This document shows positions 49,468-62,107 of a stretch of 64,000 nt of DNA, one piece after another. Under the pieces are notes generated by a model that saw only the letters and a program-made list of their open reading frames with translations, had not been told where the DNA came from and did not search any database. Each line of letters starts with the position of its first letter. Positions within the stretch are counted from its first letter, which is position 1. The stretch lies in the NCBI GenBank assembly GCA_010093705.1, contig MU006106.1:337086-401085 (forward strand). Direction: 5' to 3'. Position numbers and translations under genes: made by a program. This DNA comes from Patellaria atrata CBS 101060. Its lineage: Eukaryota.

Positions 49468-49803
49468 AAACGTGCGTCCGATCACGTGAACCGGATGATG
49501 TAATGTGTGAACATCATTGCAGTTAAAGGAGAAACGCATAACAACATCAGCACATCAGCAGTCACGATGACACCAGATTCACGTTTGCGCGTCGTTTGTT
49601 CAGGTATCAGCCTACAAGGGATGTCACAGGGGAACAAACAGGCTTTGGAATCTTCATTTATATAAGAATGGCTTCCTCGCTCTGGAATCTGGCCTTCTTT
49701 CCTCTTTACAACAACACTCTTGAAGCAAATATCAAATACAACTTCAAACCTCAAGCTTGATATCAGTCTCCTTTCTTCAATCCAAACATAACTCAACTCA
49801 ACA

Positions 49804-50276
49804 ATGGCCGACACCAACCCAGGAAACTTCGCCAACCGTCCCACCGAAGAAGTCAAAGAAATCGCCTCAAAAGGCGGCCACGCCTCCCACTCCTCTGCTG
49901 AGACAAACCCAGGTAACTTCGCCAACCGCCCCACAGAGGAAGTCCAAGAAATTGCTTCCAAAGGCGGCCATGCCTCCCGCTCATCAGCTGATACGAACCC
50001 GGGCAACTTCGCTAACCGTCCCAAGGAGGAGGTGAGGGAAATCGCCGCGGAGGGTGGCCGTACCAGTGGTAACTCTGGCGACTCAGCTGATTCCAGCGAG
50101 GTGAGTACCTTCTTTCCCTTCCAAGTTTACCATTGTTGAGCAACATGATACTGATGCTACCATAGACCGACACCGTAGCTGCCGACGAACCCGGCTCGGG
50201 CCGCAACCCAGACGGCACCTTCACGAAGGGCAGCGAGGCTGCTAAGGAGGCCGGCGCGAAGGGTGGTTCGAAGTAA
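49804..50276 (+). CDS. con-10: Conidiation-specific protein 10 (KGG repeat stress protein); intron 50101-50165
   Basis: Three 25-aa repeats TNPGNFANRPxEEVxEIASKGG; TATA-like TATATAAG at ~49659. Confidence 0.92.
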
Positions 50277-51417
50277 AGCACCGATGGTGAAGGCTGAGGT
50301 GTTTCGGGCGTATCGGCTTCAGTCCTATCATAGGAAAATGACTTGTTCAGGCGTCCCGGCCTCTTCCCATCAAAGGAGGGGATGAAGTGGGATGGATGGT
50401 CATTGCTTAACTACCAGCGATTATGAAATCATGAATATAGCTCCTGCAGCTGAATAAAAGGGGATTGGGAATCAAATCATCTTATTTGACTTCTACATTG
50501 ACTTGGTGATGGTATCTTCGCTTGACGCCTGCTTGATAAAGGAAGTGATACAGTACATACCAACCCAGGCCAGCTTCAACAAAACGTCAATAGCCAAAAC
50601 CACGACGGAAAGGGAACTTTCATACATACCCCAAGCGTCCGCTCCAACCTAACCACCCCCCAACATCCCATTCCTTACTCCTCGCCCTGCTTACAACTTA
50701 CTCCTCATACCGATCCCCCCACAAACCGAACACCAACCTCCAATAACTGACCCCCACTCTACTTCGAACCGTAGATAACCCTACCCCTGGAATCCTACCC
50801 ATAACCTAGCCGCAACCCCCTCCGCATCCCATACCATAAACAAACAGTCCAGATAACGTCAAGTCCCGCCTCACCATTGACGAAGCAACCACCAAGTCTA
50901 AAAGTCCCCCCTCACATCTCGGTACCTTCATAGTACCGCCGACATCAGGGTGTTATGTCCCTAGTCACGTGTCTAGTCATCCTAGGTCAACATCACGGTG
51001 GGAGGATCTGGTGTGGTGTAGCTACTACTTCTATCGTAAATATACCAAATATGCTAGAACCTCTCTAAGGCACTCGTAGGTCCGAATTTCAATCGGGTGA
51101 GGTCATGTGTACAGTCCCTTAGTTCGGAAGCTGTGTTGCTAGCGTAGATATGCATGTTATAGCATACGGCAAGCAGAACCGAATCAGTGTTTCAACCATT
51201 CAGATATCGATCATCAATCAAGAAAAGCGACGGCACTGTAGTGAAGTTAAACTTTTTCATTCTATTTCCAACTATCTACATTGAAATCGAGGGGCCATGC
51301 AAAAGGTATCATAAAAGCCAAATCGCCCACGCCATAATTATCTAACACACATATTTACTTTGACATACACGAACAGTTCACCAAAAATGTCAATCCGGGG
51401 AAAACAAAAGGGCTTCC

Positions 51418-53072
51418 TCAATGACCGCCAATCTGGCCCTTTGGGATCGGTCTGATCCAGATGACGGCGAGCTGGAATGCGATGAACATGATACCGCAGA
51501 TCCAGAAGACCTTCGCGTAATCCGTGCCGTGATACCTAAATATGATAGCGAAGATGATACCGCCAAAGTTACCGCAGGCACCGGTGAAGCCAGACACGAT
51601 ACCATTTGCGTAAGGATGGACGTGAGGCACGAGACCGAAGTTCAGGCCGTTAGCGCCTTCGAGGAAGAAAGCGAAGCCGGCGATGAGACCGTACATGGTT
51701 GAAGGTGTCTTAGGGTCGATGAGACCGATGGCGATGGCGAAACCCCCGGCAATGATGTTGTAGGCGTGCATGAGAAGCTTCTTGGCCCAGAGACTGCCGT
51801 CGGTGTAGCGGTAAGCAAGGTCGGAGACAACGCCACCGAGAGGACGGAAAGCGACGTTGAGTAAACCGAACATAGCGGCCCAGTTGCCGGCTTCTTGAAG
51901 CGAGAGATGGAAGTTCTTGATGTAGTAGTTTCCGAGGATGCTGTTAATGGCCAATTCACCTCCGAAGGAGCAGATGTATCCAGCACCGAGTGCAATAACT
52001 TGAGGCGAGAATGAAACCTTGAGGATTTCCTGAAGAGTAGGTTTCTGAATGACCTCACCGCGAGCGGATTCGATAAGCGTATCTGGTTCAAGTTGTGCTT
52101 CCCTGTCGCTGTACCTTAAAGGATCGGCCTTCTTATCATCTCCAAGAGAGGGTGAAGGGGAGTCGTGGTGGGCAGGCTTGTCGGTAATGTCACCCTTTAC
52201 ATCGACAACCGTGCCTCTATCGATGCTTGCACGACGAAGGTTCAACTCAGCAGCAGCCATACGCTCGCTCCATTTGCCGGTTGGGCAATCAGGGCAAAGA
52301 AGAAGCATGAAGGCGGCGGTGGAGACAATCAGAATGCCAGGTACGATGAATGAGACACGCCATGCAACGTGAGGTGCGAGACCGTTACTAACGAGGGACT
52401 CGAAGATAGCCGGCATGACGAAATAAGTGATACCACCGCCAGCGTTACCGAAGCCTCCAGTAAGAGCGTTGGCGGTACCGACGACGTTCTTATCGAAGAA
52501 CCCGGTTGACCATACTTGGCAAGGTACGAAGCTACCTCCAAGGATACCGACAAAAAATCGGACAGCAATGAGGCCACCGGTATTCGTAATACCACCAGCA
52601 CAGAAGGTAGGAATTGAACCAGCGAGAAGGCACCCTGCAAAGGTATATCTCGGGCCAAATCTATCACACATCGGGCCAGCAACAAGACGGACCAGTAATC
52701 TAAATACGGAATCGTCAGCATATCCGAGAAGTAAACGGTAAGCCGAACACACTTACGTAGCAAGAAGAGCAACAATGTTAGAGTTAGCCAGCTGATGTTG
52801 AGGTAGATGAATATCCTTGGCAATTACTTCTTTGAGAAGTGGTGGGAAGGCATACCTAAGCGTCGGGTCAGATATGGTTATTTGGGGAAAAGTGCTTCGG
52901 CACACAACCGTCATAGTGCTTACCAGGACCAAAATGCGATCATGAAACCGAACCAGGAGAAGAAGAATACACGCCCGTACATGTTGACGGGATTCAATGC
53001 TGGAATCGATCGTGCTTTGCCATTGATTGGGTTGACGTCTGGAGATGCCCAGAGAAGTCTGATGGGGAACAT
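51418..53072 (-). CDS. High-affinity nitrate/nitrite transporter (NNP family, NrtA/CrnA/NIT-10-like); 3 exons
   Basis: [35 protein letters not shown], nitrate signatures GGFGNAGGG and [19 protein letters not shown]. Confidence 0.94.
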
Positions 53073-53357
53073 TTTGAAGAGACTTTGTTATGCTTTGATG
53101 AATGTCTGTATGTGCTTCTCCGCAAGTCCCAGTTCAAATATTCTTTGATGTGCTCCTTTTCTGGAGAAGCAAAGAAGAGAAGGAATGAAGTAGTGATGTG
53201 TAGTAGTGATGTGTTGTACAGTACCAAAGGTGACAGCTCCCCCCGGCGCTCGTAGACGTCTTTATAACTCACAAACAGCTTCTGACGTCGAGCAAAATGT
53301 GAAGCATCTCCGGGTGAATATCTCAACAGACTAAGACAGGCAACCTAAGCTAGCAAA

Positions 53358-54060
53358 TCCGCGGATCTTCCCCGAAAAGAGATTTGGCTCTCTGTATGGG
53401 GACGCCACAGGATCTCCAGGGTGTTTCTCGTCGTCTTGTCCTGATAAGGTCTATTGCATACAGAAGCACTGGTATAGGTTGAAAACCCACGGACTCTCGG
53501 CTAGCTCGTTTGTCGAGACCCTTGTAGACGTGTAGATTAAGATATCAATGCTACAGAAAGGTCCAATAATTCGGTTCTCACCTTGCGGGGGGATGAAGTT
53601 GAGGAAGTTTTGATCTAGAGGAACGACGAAACAAATTAGATGAGATATCCCGATCGGACACGACTATGCAGATTGACGTTGAGGCTTTGAAATTCAGATC
53701 TGGAGGATCAGAAAAAGGGCACTCGTCGAACAGTAATAGTACGGAAAAGTACACGCCTGGGACCTGGGACATGTCTTATCTCGAATGTTGTAGATAGCGT
53801 GTCCGGGTATGGCTGGGAAGGCGCTTGGTAGATCTGCCTTATCAGCAATACCCGGTCAGGTCAACTTCTTTACTGCGAAAATACATAAAGACCCCCAATG
53901 ACCCCATCTCCGCGGCTTGAAATACTGCTGAAATACATGAAAAATTCTTTACAGTGGTAGATCCTCAACCGAACACCAACCCTCTGCCGAGAACTAGAAA
54001 ACGGGTATCTGGCGCCTAGAAAACACGACCGACCCTCTATCAACGACCCCCTCCGATAAG
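53358..54060. promoter_or_regulatory. NirA/NIT4 sites and GATA (AreA/NIT2) sites upstream of the nitrate transporter
   Basis: TCCGCGGA 53358-53365; CTCCGCGG 53908-53915; GATAA/TTATC at ~53443, 53776, 53839, 54055. Confidence 0.6.
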
Positions 54061-55151
54061 ATACAAACATGGATGGTGGAAAGAAAGATGATGTCTGACT
54101 TTGAGGTGTTATACGGGAATAATGAACTGTAGTATATAAAGTGGTTACACGAACAAATATCGCTCACCTATAAAGTTCCCATACAGTTTTGCCCTTCGAG
54201 GTCGTTGTGCCTGACAAGGACCCTCTCCGTCCCGTTCCTACCAGCAAGAATCCAGCATGTGCGAACTACAGTATGAAAGCTCCTAGCTCCCGTCAAGGGC
54301 GTGGGGGCCCCATGGAGGCGTTGGCTGTGAGACACTGAGACTACAGTTGGAGAGGGCCTGGGTTGTCCTTTTCAGCGTTTCCTTATCAGTGTCGAATGAG
54401 ATGAGGTTTTAGCCTCCCGATGAGTTTCTCCGCTGCCGTCAACTCGAGAGGTCACGTGAAAAAGGTATTTGTGTTTCAACATACAACGAAATATATTCAG
54501 ACTTTCCTGTTACAATAGTTTGTGGTCTAGAATATATAAAGTATTAATAGAATCAGCCTTCACTCAAGCCCCTTAACTTTGCTCAAGCCCTTGGGTCATG
54601 TTGTGGCTTTTGTGAAGTGCAATTGTGCCTCCCAAATGCATCTCCGGTGTAAGGGGCTAGACACCCATGCAAGCATCAAGATGATATATTCTGCCAGAAA
54701 CTGTCGTAGTTCAGGAGATACACGTTACAGCTGTACTGTACAGTACATTCCTTTTTTGAAGACACCTTCTCGTACATAATGTTACCGCGGAAACATTACA
54801 TCGAGCTACATGCGGCTCCACTTCCCTGACTGCGTTAAATTTCTTCGTTGGCTCTGGCGTACCGGAAGTCCATCTTCCCATGTCGTCCATCATTTCTTTT
54901 GAAAGTCTTGCATTTCGTAAAATTGGTCGGAGACGAACAAGAATTCCCGATAAACCAATAAAATCTTTCGTAAAGCAGATATCCGCCCTTTTAAGAACCC
55001 CCATCCAACAGCCCCTTATGCAAATAAAACTTAGATGCAATAGCCCCGCGAAACACCGGAAATCCGCTGAAATGCTGTATAGAAAAGAGATCATCACAAA
55101 TTATCGTTTACTCATGACCGCACTGAGGGATAATAACATAGTTCCGGATGA

Positions 55152-56799
55152 TCAATGTTGATTCGAAGGACCGGCGTAGGGAAAATCGAAATATCTCCTG
55201 TCAGCTTTAGAATATATGTCGACTTCCAATGGTTTAGGAGGAGGTGGCGGTGGTTGACCGTTCTCAAGGGGCTTCTGACCCCATACCACATATCTGTTAG
55301 AGATTGTCAGCTATCAAACTTTGATAGATTTACAAGGTGAGTCGACATACATCTTATGGTATGCGTGAACACTCCGATCGGAAAGTGATTTTCTGACGTT
55401 TACCAAGTAGACTTCGATTTCGTCCTTCGTCCAACCAAGACCTCGATGGAACCAAGCGAGACTGAATGCTTGCAGTCCGTCTAATAAACTGTCCTCGCTG
55501 AATCGTCCTAGCATTTTGAATTGTGGATCCTTTGGCCAGGGATTTATTGGAAGCTTATACACCTCCTCGTGCACATTAATAAAACCTGCTTGTTCATACC
55601 AACGCTTGAGTTTGTTGGCGATCCTAAGGGGTTTCCCTAGGTTCATAGCGGCCATATCTTGCGTCTTAGTCCACTCAGCAAAGAGGTAATCGGGTCCCAT
55701 TGTACCATCGTCACAGTAGATGGTTGGCATATACTCCTGAGATTCCATCCATGCCCCTGGTTTAAGATAACGAAATGATTTTCTAATGACCTCCCGGAAG
55801 TCATGGAAGCACCCAAGTAGAACTCTGGTATGAACATAATCATAATAGTTAGGCTTGATCATCCAATCTTCCTCGGCTGCATCGTCGATAATGAATTTCA
55901 CATTTTTGGGTACCCTTCCCATCCCGTTAGTAGATTGAATATTGGTTCATGGAGTGATGTACACACCATTCAGGTTGTATCGGGGACAGATCCGTTCCAG
56001 TGATCTAGCGGATAAGTTAGTGGTTGCTATTATCCAACTGTACGAGAGGTATCCACCTCAGCCTTCGGAAATTCATGTCCTAGATGATTGATTAATATAT
56101 GAATTTTGTGCCACGTGAGCTGTAGCCCCGAGAAAGCTGCACTGACCCATCTGAATGGCCCATTTTCCCGTACCCGTCCCAATGTCAAGAATTCTCCTAG
56201 GATCGTTCAATGGCGCATAATAATTTCTTCCCCCGAACAAGACCTTGAGTATCTCGAATTGAAGATCCATCCTCTCACACTCCGGCTGGAAATTATCAGT
56301 GCCATGTCTAAGGTATAGCTCTTGTATGGTAAAGACGGACCTGGTCATTCGGAAATAGATAAGCTAAGTCCTGTGCGTTAGCAATAGCCAAAAACATGCG
56401 GTAAAAAGACCAAGGATGGGAATACTTACAGCCTGCCTGATAAGCATGATAGGTCCGTCCATTCTCCTTTATGAAGTCGAATATACTCTCTCTGACTGAT
56501 TTCGTGCTTCTACGATGCTGTTAGACCCTAGGTGACTCTCGAGGACATTATGCGCGCGTATGAGGACTAACGTCTGATAACTTCCCGTCGGATCTGAATT
56601 TTCGGACTGTGTGACAATGATAAGAGTCAGTTTATAGATCAATGTGCCATGGAGTAGGTCACAACAATGGGGTATGGAGGAAGATTTTCGGGAGGCGAAT
56701 AGAACGTACATCTGGCTCGATAGTATCCAGGTCGCTACCGCCATCATTAGATGATGGCGGATCAGAATAATCATGAGGAGCGTAATGATTCATATTCAT
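55152..56799 (-). CDS. LaeA-like (TdiE/Llm-type) class I SAM-dependent methyltransferase; about 8 exons
   Basis: ENGRTYHAYQAG, YLFPND/PECERMDLQ, RILDIGTGTGKWA, GTDLSPIQPEW/VPKN, LKPGAWMESQE, KLPINPWPKDP, YVVWGQKP; start codon tentative. Confidence 0.88.
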
Positions 56800-58378
56800 G
56801 GTGGAAGGAGAGACTCGAGCTTCGTTCCCGACAAGGTGGAATGAAAGCTGTTGCCGTTGAGGATGGGTACCGAGCAAAGGTTAGTGGCGCCATGGATTTG
56901 GAAGCGAAAACCCGAGTGAAAATAAGAGACGGGACGACACCCAAAGGACCATCTTTGAACCCCGCTCATCCTGAGTCTTGGTCATAGAACTGGCTTGACC
57001 GTGCATACGGTAAGGTAAACCCATAACCTTTAAAACCCCTATTATTGGCTATAAGGGGAGTTGTCTTTCAACTAAAAAGCATTTTCCAACAACCATTCAC
57101 TAGGCGATCAGAGAACTTGTACTTCTTGTACAACCTCACTCTTTGTATGTCAGAGTAGTCTACTTTAACGTACTACTATATCTTATGGTCATTTATTAAG
57201 ATTGACGTATCGGTTCTTTCCTTGATGTTCACCCGAGACAACGTCGGTTCATGTTCTCCATAGCAGTCCCTAGATAGTTCTAATCAAGACGCAGACGATG
57301 AAGAAGTTGTCTCCAAGGTAAAAGGTCGACTCTAGTCACCTTTAAGGTCCATCTGTACTAATTTTTGAACCAGACACACTGGTGTGTTTTGCCGTGTTAC
57401 AAGTAATTCAAGCGGCGAAACTCCTCTCAGCTTCTACTCATGTTTGAAGAAACATCTCCATGGACGGAATTCCAGATTCCCGGGCCAAAGTCCCGGTGTA
57501 ATGGTTTTAGACCCTTTCGGACACGACTATCATGGTTCATCAACAGTAGTCGAAGGGCTAACGAGACGCACGTAACCCAATACCGCTCAAGTATTTGGGG
57601 ATTTTAGGATGGCAGTTTGTGGGGTGTGGGGTCTCTGCTTCCAAAAACTGCGCCGCATGAATCGTGGAGCTGTCAGGCTGCATCTCAGTCCGAATTGGTG
57701 TAGTTACTTGATCCAACAACCGAGATATAACCAATCCAGCTCATAGAATGCAGACCACACTTGGCAAGAAGTGGCCGCCTATAGCAGATTTTAGGACTTT
57801 ACTTATGCCGTTGTAGAGCCTAATATCTTTCTCGCTACCTTAGCTACTCATCTGGTCTGCAAATAGCAGGCATCTACCACACAGAATAAGATGCGTGCGG
57901 AAACTCTGAGGAATGAGACGAAAGCGGCACATGCAAGACGGTGGTTTAAGGGAGCATTAGGCTATCAACCGCCAGAAACCGCATTCTCGGAGTATCTATT
58001 TGTTGGTTTTGATACCTATTGAGGCCCAATTGGAGGCATTTTACCAGTTCACACAAACCGTCCGATGAATGCGCAAATCTAGGGTGGTAACAATCAGAGC
58101 GAGCTGATTCGAATTCCTAAGGCGCCCAAAGTCACTAACTTGCACTAATAGAGATGTAATGGGTTGATAGTACCAGTTGAGCCTGCCTTAGCCATATATT
58201 GGATTCCAGGGGTAAAGATATGAACATGAGATCTAAGCATACCACAGTTAGTGTCCAAGCTGTCCTCGTAGAGTTCACTATCTATATATTAGCTACAGTG
58301 AGTAAGACATGAATGTATTTATATTGCTCTCAAACGACAGATAAATTCTGTAAGTCGGGATTAGATCACATGCATGTA

Positions 58379-61300
58379 TTAAAGGTCAGCACTGGTTTCG
58401 CCGTAAGAAGTTGTGAATCTTCCTTGAACAACGTAATATTCAACATCATCTTCGGTTGGCCAACCACCCCATCTCTTACTGCGATCGATTACCTCCCGGA
58501 TAAGTAACACAAGATCATCGGAAGCAGCATCTTTGCGATCGTCCCAATGTTTCCAACTTCGCTCTAGAAAAACCCGGATAGCGGTTAGCATGCGGCGTAG
58601 TTGTTTGTATCCGTTATGAGATGCTTGTAATTCCTTTTGTAGGTCATCATTATGAAGAGTCAACCACTGAACTAGCGAAAGTATTCCCTCATAATCATGG
58701 AGAAAACCAAGCGCTCGGACGTAAGAATGGAGAACAGCAGGATGGGGAATCCTAAGGAGTGGAGTAGAGATTGTTGACAATTCTAATAACATATCTGTGG
58801 AGTCCTCGGTCTTCAAAATATTAAAATTCCCTACGACGGCCTGGAAAATGTGGCGGATGTATCTAGATCCGTTTGAGAGAACACAATCAGCTTCAGATAA
58901 GATGATTGATGGGACGCTCTCGAGGGTCTTTTCTTTGAGATGTATGCTCGCCAGGGTTGCATTCTCGAGTCCAATGCATAGATAGTGAAAGCCTTCAGTG
59001 TCAATCTCCAGTGTATGAAGCTGCATATGGTCATATAAAACCCGCATCATACTTCGAGCAACCAAAGGTATCGCTACTACAGGGATATCGAAACTTCTGT
59101 GAACCAACTGGGTGTTAGAAACCATTGCTAAGGTCCGTAGCACTAGATTGAACGCATGTCTATCCTTGGGAAGTTGACGTTGTACCAGGTGATAGGCGTG
59201 CACAATAGGTAATCGGTTGCGCAATGTCATCCCTAAAATCACAGTTTCCTCATCAGAGTAGTCAAAGGTGTACCCAGTGTATTCATAAGGAAAACGGGAC
59301 AACAGCTGAATAAAACTGAGTAAGAGACCTCGCCAAGGTTTTGGTTCCTTTTTATCGACAATCCGGGGTTCTTGAGAGAGTAGCGTCGTGATCAACTTGT
59401 CCTTGTGCCGAAATTTTCCTTGGTACATGTACTCAATGCCCTGTTGAAGTGATTCAGCGTGCGCAATGAGGAAGGTTAGACAGTGTTCAGACGCTTCGAT
59501 TCCTTGCTCTCTCATTTTCAGGTAGAGCTGATGAATGGAGGGTGGTGAGGACTCAAGATACATCTTCTCTTGCGGCGAGATTGGTGCAGGAATAACCTCT
59601 TTACCATCCCCTGGTAAAGGTTGGTCCTTTTCATCGGGCTCAACTGTGTGCTTGCTGGACCGAATGCTATCTTGATAAATCTTTCCAAACATAGCAAGAT
59701 AGACATCCGGAACTCTCTCAGAATGACTCTTTTCATAGGCTAGGAAAGCAGCCCAAGCTTCTTCCAGAGTCCGAGTCGCATTTATTCGAGCAACCCAAAT
59801 GTTGAAGCGCTTGTCGATAATACTGTGACTTAGATGGCGGGTTTGAATTGTTGGACTACCATCAGTGTCCCAACCGGCATAGATGCTCGCCATTTCTTCC
59901 CACACTCTCGTGCCGTAACCAGCTTCTTTCATTTGACGCATAACCTCACCTGCCCTCGTAATTCCATGTTCAGGACCAATATCGGCATCCACACCCGTTT
60001 TTTCCTCCTTCCAAGGTGGCCACGACCTTGACTTCAGTTTCGTCCACTCTATCTCTTGGGACGTTTTCTTTCGCGCTAGTTGAACCCGAATCACCGCTCG
60101 ATATCCAATTCGACTAATTACGAGTGGGGGATTGTACTCTGCCATCCTACGAAGAATAGCGAATTGAGCCCGCTCCTGCATCTCAATGGTGTTGTATGGT
60201 CGCTCTCGTGCTCTTTTGGAGAGTAGAAGTAGGGTTCGGTTGAAGAGAAGGGTTATTCGAGCTTGTCGTTTGCGCGAAAGCGGTTCCACATTTGGTTTTG
60301 AAGTTTTGCCAATGCTCTCATTGAACATTGTAGCAATATCATAAATAACAGGCGGCCATACACGAAACGCGTGACGCAAAAGGCGGGAAATGACCATGAG
60401 CGTAGTTGCTTCATCCTGAACCCTGGGGATCATATTACTCTGGTTAGTGCTTCCCAAAATTTTCAAGGCGTAGACAACCAAGAGCCGCAATGCATTAGCT
60501 GAGATATTGTTCCTCCGCAGAAGGATTAGATATACGAAGGTAGGAATGGGACAACCGCCATCAACGTAATGGCCTCTTCTTTTATGTGTATGTTCCAGCA
60601 ATGTCTTTGCAGAACTGTACGGCGCACTGCAAAGTATATCCGACCATATTTCAAGATCCTTGATAGTATAGCCTTTACGGTGAAGGTATAACAGCTGATC
60701 ATCGTTCAAAGCAGGGGGGTTTCCATCTGAATCCAGGAAAGTCTCAAACGGTAACGGATGTAGAGTAACTGTAGACTCCAATTTTCGGCCCTTGCTTTTG
60801 ATATAACTTGCTAAGATCGACTGAAGTGAAATAGGTGAAGTTGGTGGGAACAGTCGCCGTGCCGAGTTGACAGACGTTGACCTTGTCCATCCTGCGCGTA
60901 CAGCCCATGTATCGGAGAGCTTAGAAGGATCGAAATAGCTTTTAGGCGAACCAAAACTACTATCCGCTTGCGAGATAGCATCGATTAGTAACTGCGAGGG
61001 ACTAGGACGTGCTGATTTGATCGCTGCATTACTGGGCACGGGTGGTCGATATCCAGTCCTGACATAAATCTTCCTGAAGAGGTACTTTCTTCTCTCTTTG
61101 ATTCCTTGTGTACAAAGTCCTCTCGGCGCCACCATAGAATTATTATGAGTTGAGGAAGGACGGTGGGAATCGTTTTCAGGGGGGCTCGAGACTGGTGGTG
61201 CTTGCGATAGGGCATATGACCCAGAATTGCGTGTAAGCGTCCATGTTTGCGAAGGATATAGAAAGCTATACTGTCAATCTGTAAGCATTGCACCGAATAT

Positions 61301-61435
61301 TGTTTGTAACGGGTCCAGCAATTTGGAAGAGAAATCGTTAAAAAGGTATCAACTCACTCGATTAGAAGATTGCGCTCTAATTGATAAACTAGAGGTGCAA
61401 TTGCGAGGCAAAAGAAAGAGAGAGATCAATGGCAT
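58379..61435 (-). CDS. Large conserved Pezizomycotina alpha-helical (PPR-like) protein, probably mitochondrial; main exon 61270-58379, probable first exon 61435-61358
   Basis: 918-aa ORF with WPPWKEEKTG, MKEAGY, AGWDTDGSPTIQTR, WVARINATRT, LHSYVRALG, WGGWPT; the frame stays open upstream to an AG acceptor. Confidence 0.7.
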
Positions 61436-61547
61436 TCATCAAGACAAAATAAGTATGCGTCCGGATGGCTAAGGCAGATCAGAGTGTAATATGAGAAGTA
61501 AACTTAGGGTAGTTGGGTTTATCCCGTCTGGCACGGAGAAGACAAGG

Positions 61548-61579
61548 CACGTGATTTCGATACCAAGCGATCACGTGAC
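61548..61579. promoter_or_regulatory. Paired bHLH (Cbf1-type) E-boxes in a divergent promoter
   Basis: CACGTGA at 61548 and ATCACGTGAC at 61570-61579. Confidence 0.4.
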
Positions 61580-62107
61580 CTAATTATTAACCATTCTCAA
61601 CACAGGACCTTCCTCCATGATGATAGAATCTTCTTTGCGCCATATTCTCATCAACTATTCTGTAATTCTCTTCACAGTTACAGATTCCGTCAAAGAAATA
61701 GTAGAAAACTTCATATAACAGTGCGGTGCGGTGCTGCATCTATCTTTTCACCTTGCTTCATTCCTGTTGTGTCCACTTTAGTCCCGTGTTCCTCCCGACC
61801 CTCCAACCCCCGACGATCAAGAACATCCAAACCCAGCGCCGCTTGCCAATAGCCTGCCGAACACGACTTTATTCCATCTTTATTACTTCCGCACAATCGC
61901 GCCCTTCACCGGCGCGTCAAGGTCCTGTTCTTCAGGCCTTCGAGCAAGGCACGCGGTAACGGTGAAAACTGCATTCTACCAGCTAAGGACCAGATAAAAG
62001 CATATTCCTTATTCACGCGCGCCTTCCTCCATCGTAGACCATCAACGATCATTTCGATAACCACTGGCAATCCTCTCGCTCAGAGCACAAGCAGTCACGT
62101 CGTCAAG

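Noticed and set aside
49804..50100. Repetitive peptide as a dikaritin/KEP precursor
   Set aside because: No signal peptide or KR/RR Kex2 sites; the repeats match the Con-10 KGG family.
50640..50900. C-rich stretch as telomeric repeat or pseudogene
   Set aside because: No tandem CCCTAA units, and the minus-strand frames I read are interrupted by stops with no identifiable family.
3529..53072. Nutrient-scavenging 'cluster' (TauD, amadoriase, PHO84, nitrate transporter)
   Set aside because: The genes are many kb apart and interleaved with housekeeping genes; nothing in the sequence indicates co-regulation.
14031..56799. Secondary-metabolite gene cluster (dioxygenases, methyltransferase, oxidase)
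   Set aside because: No PKS, NRPS, terpene synthase or RiPP precursor backbone is present, and the tailoring-type genes are scattered.
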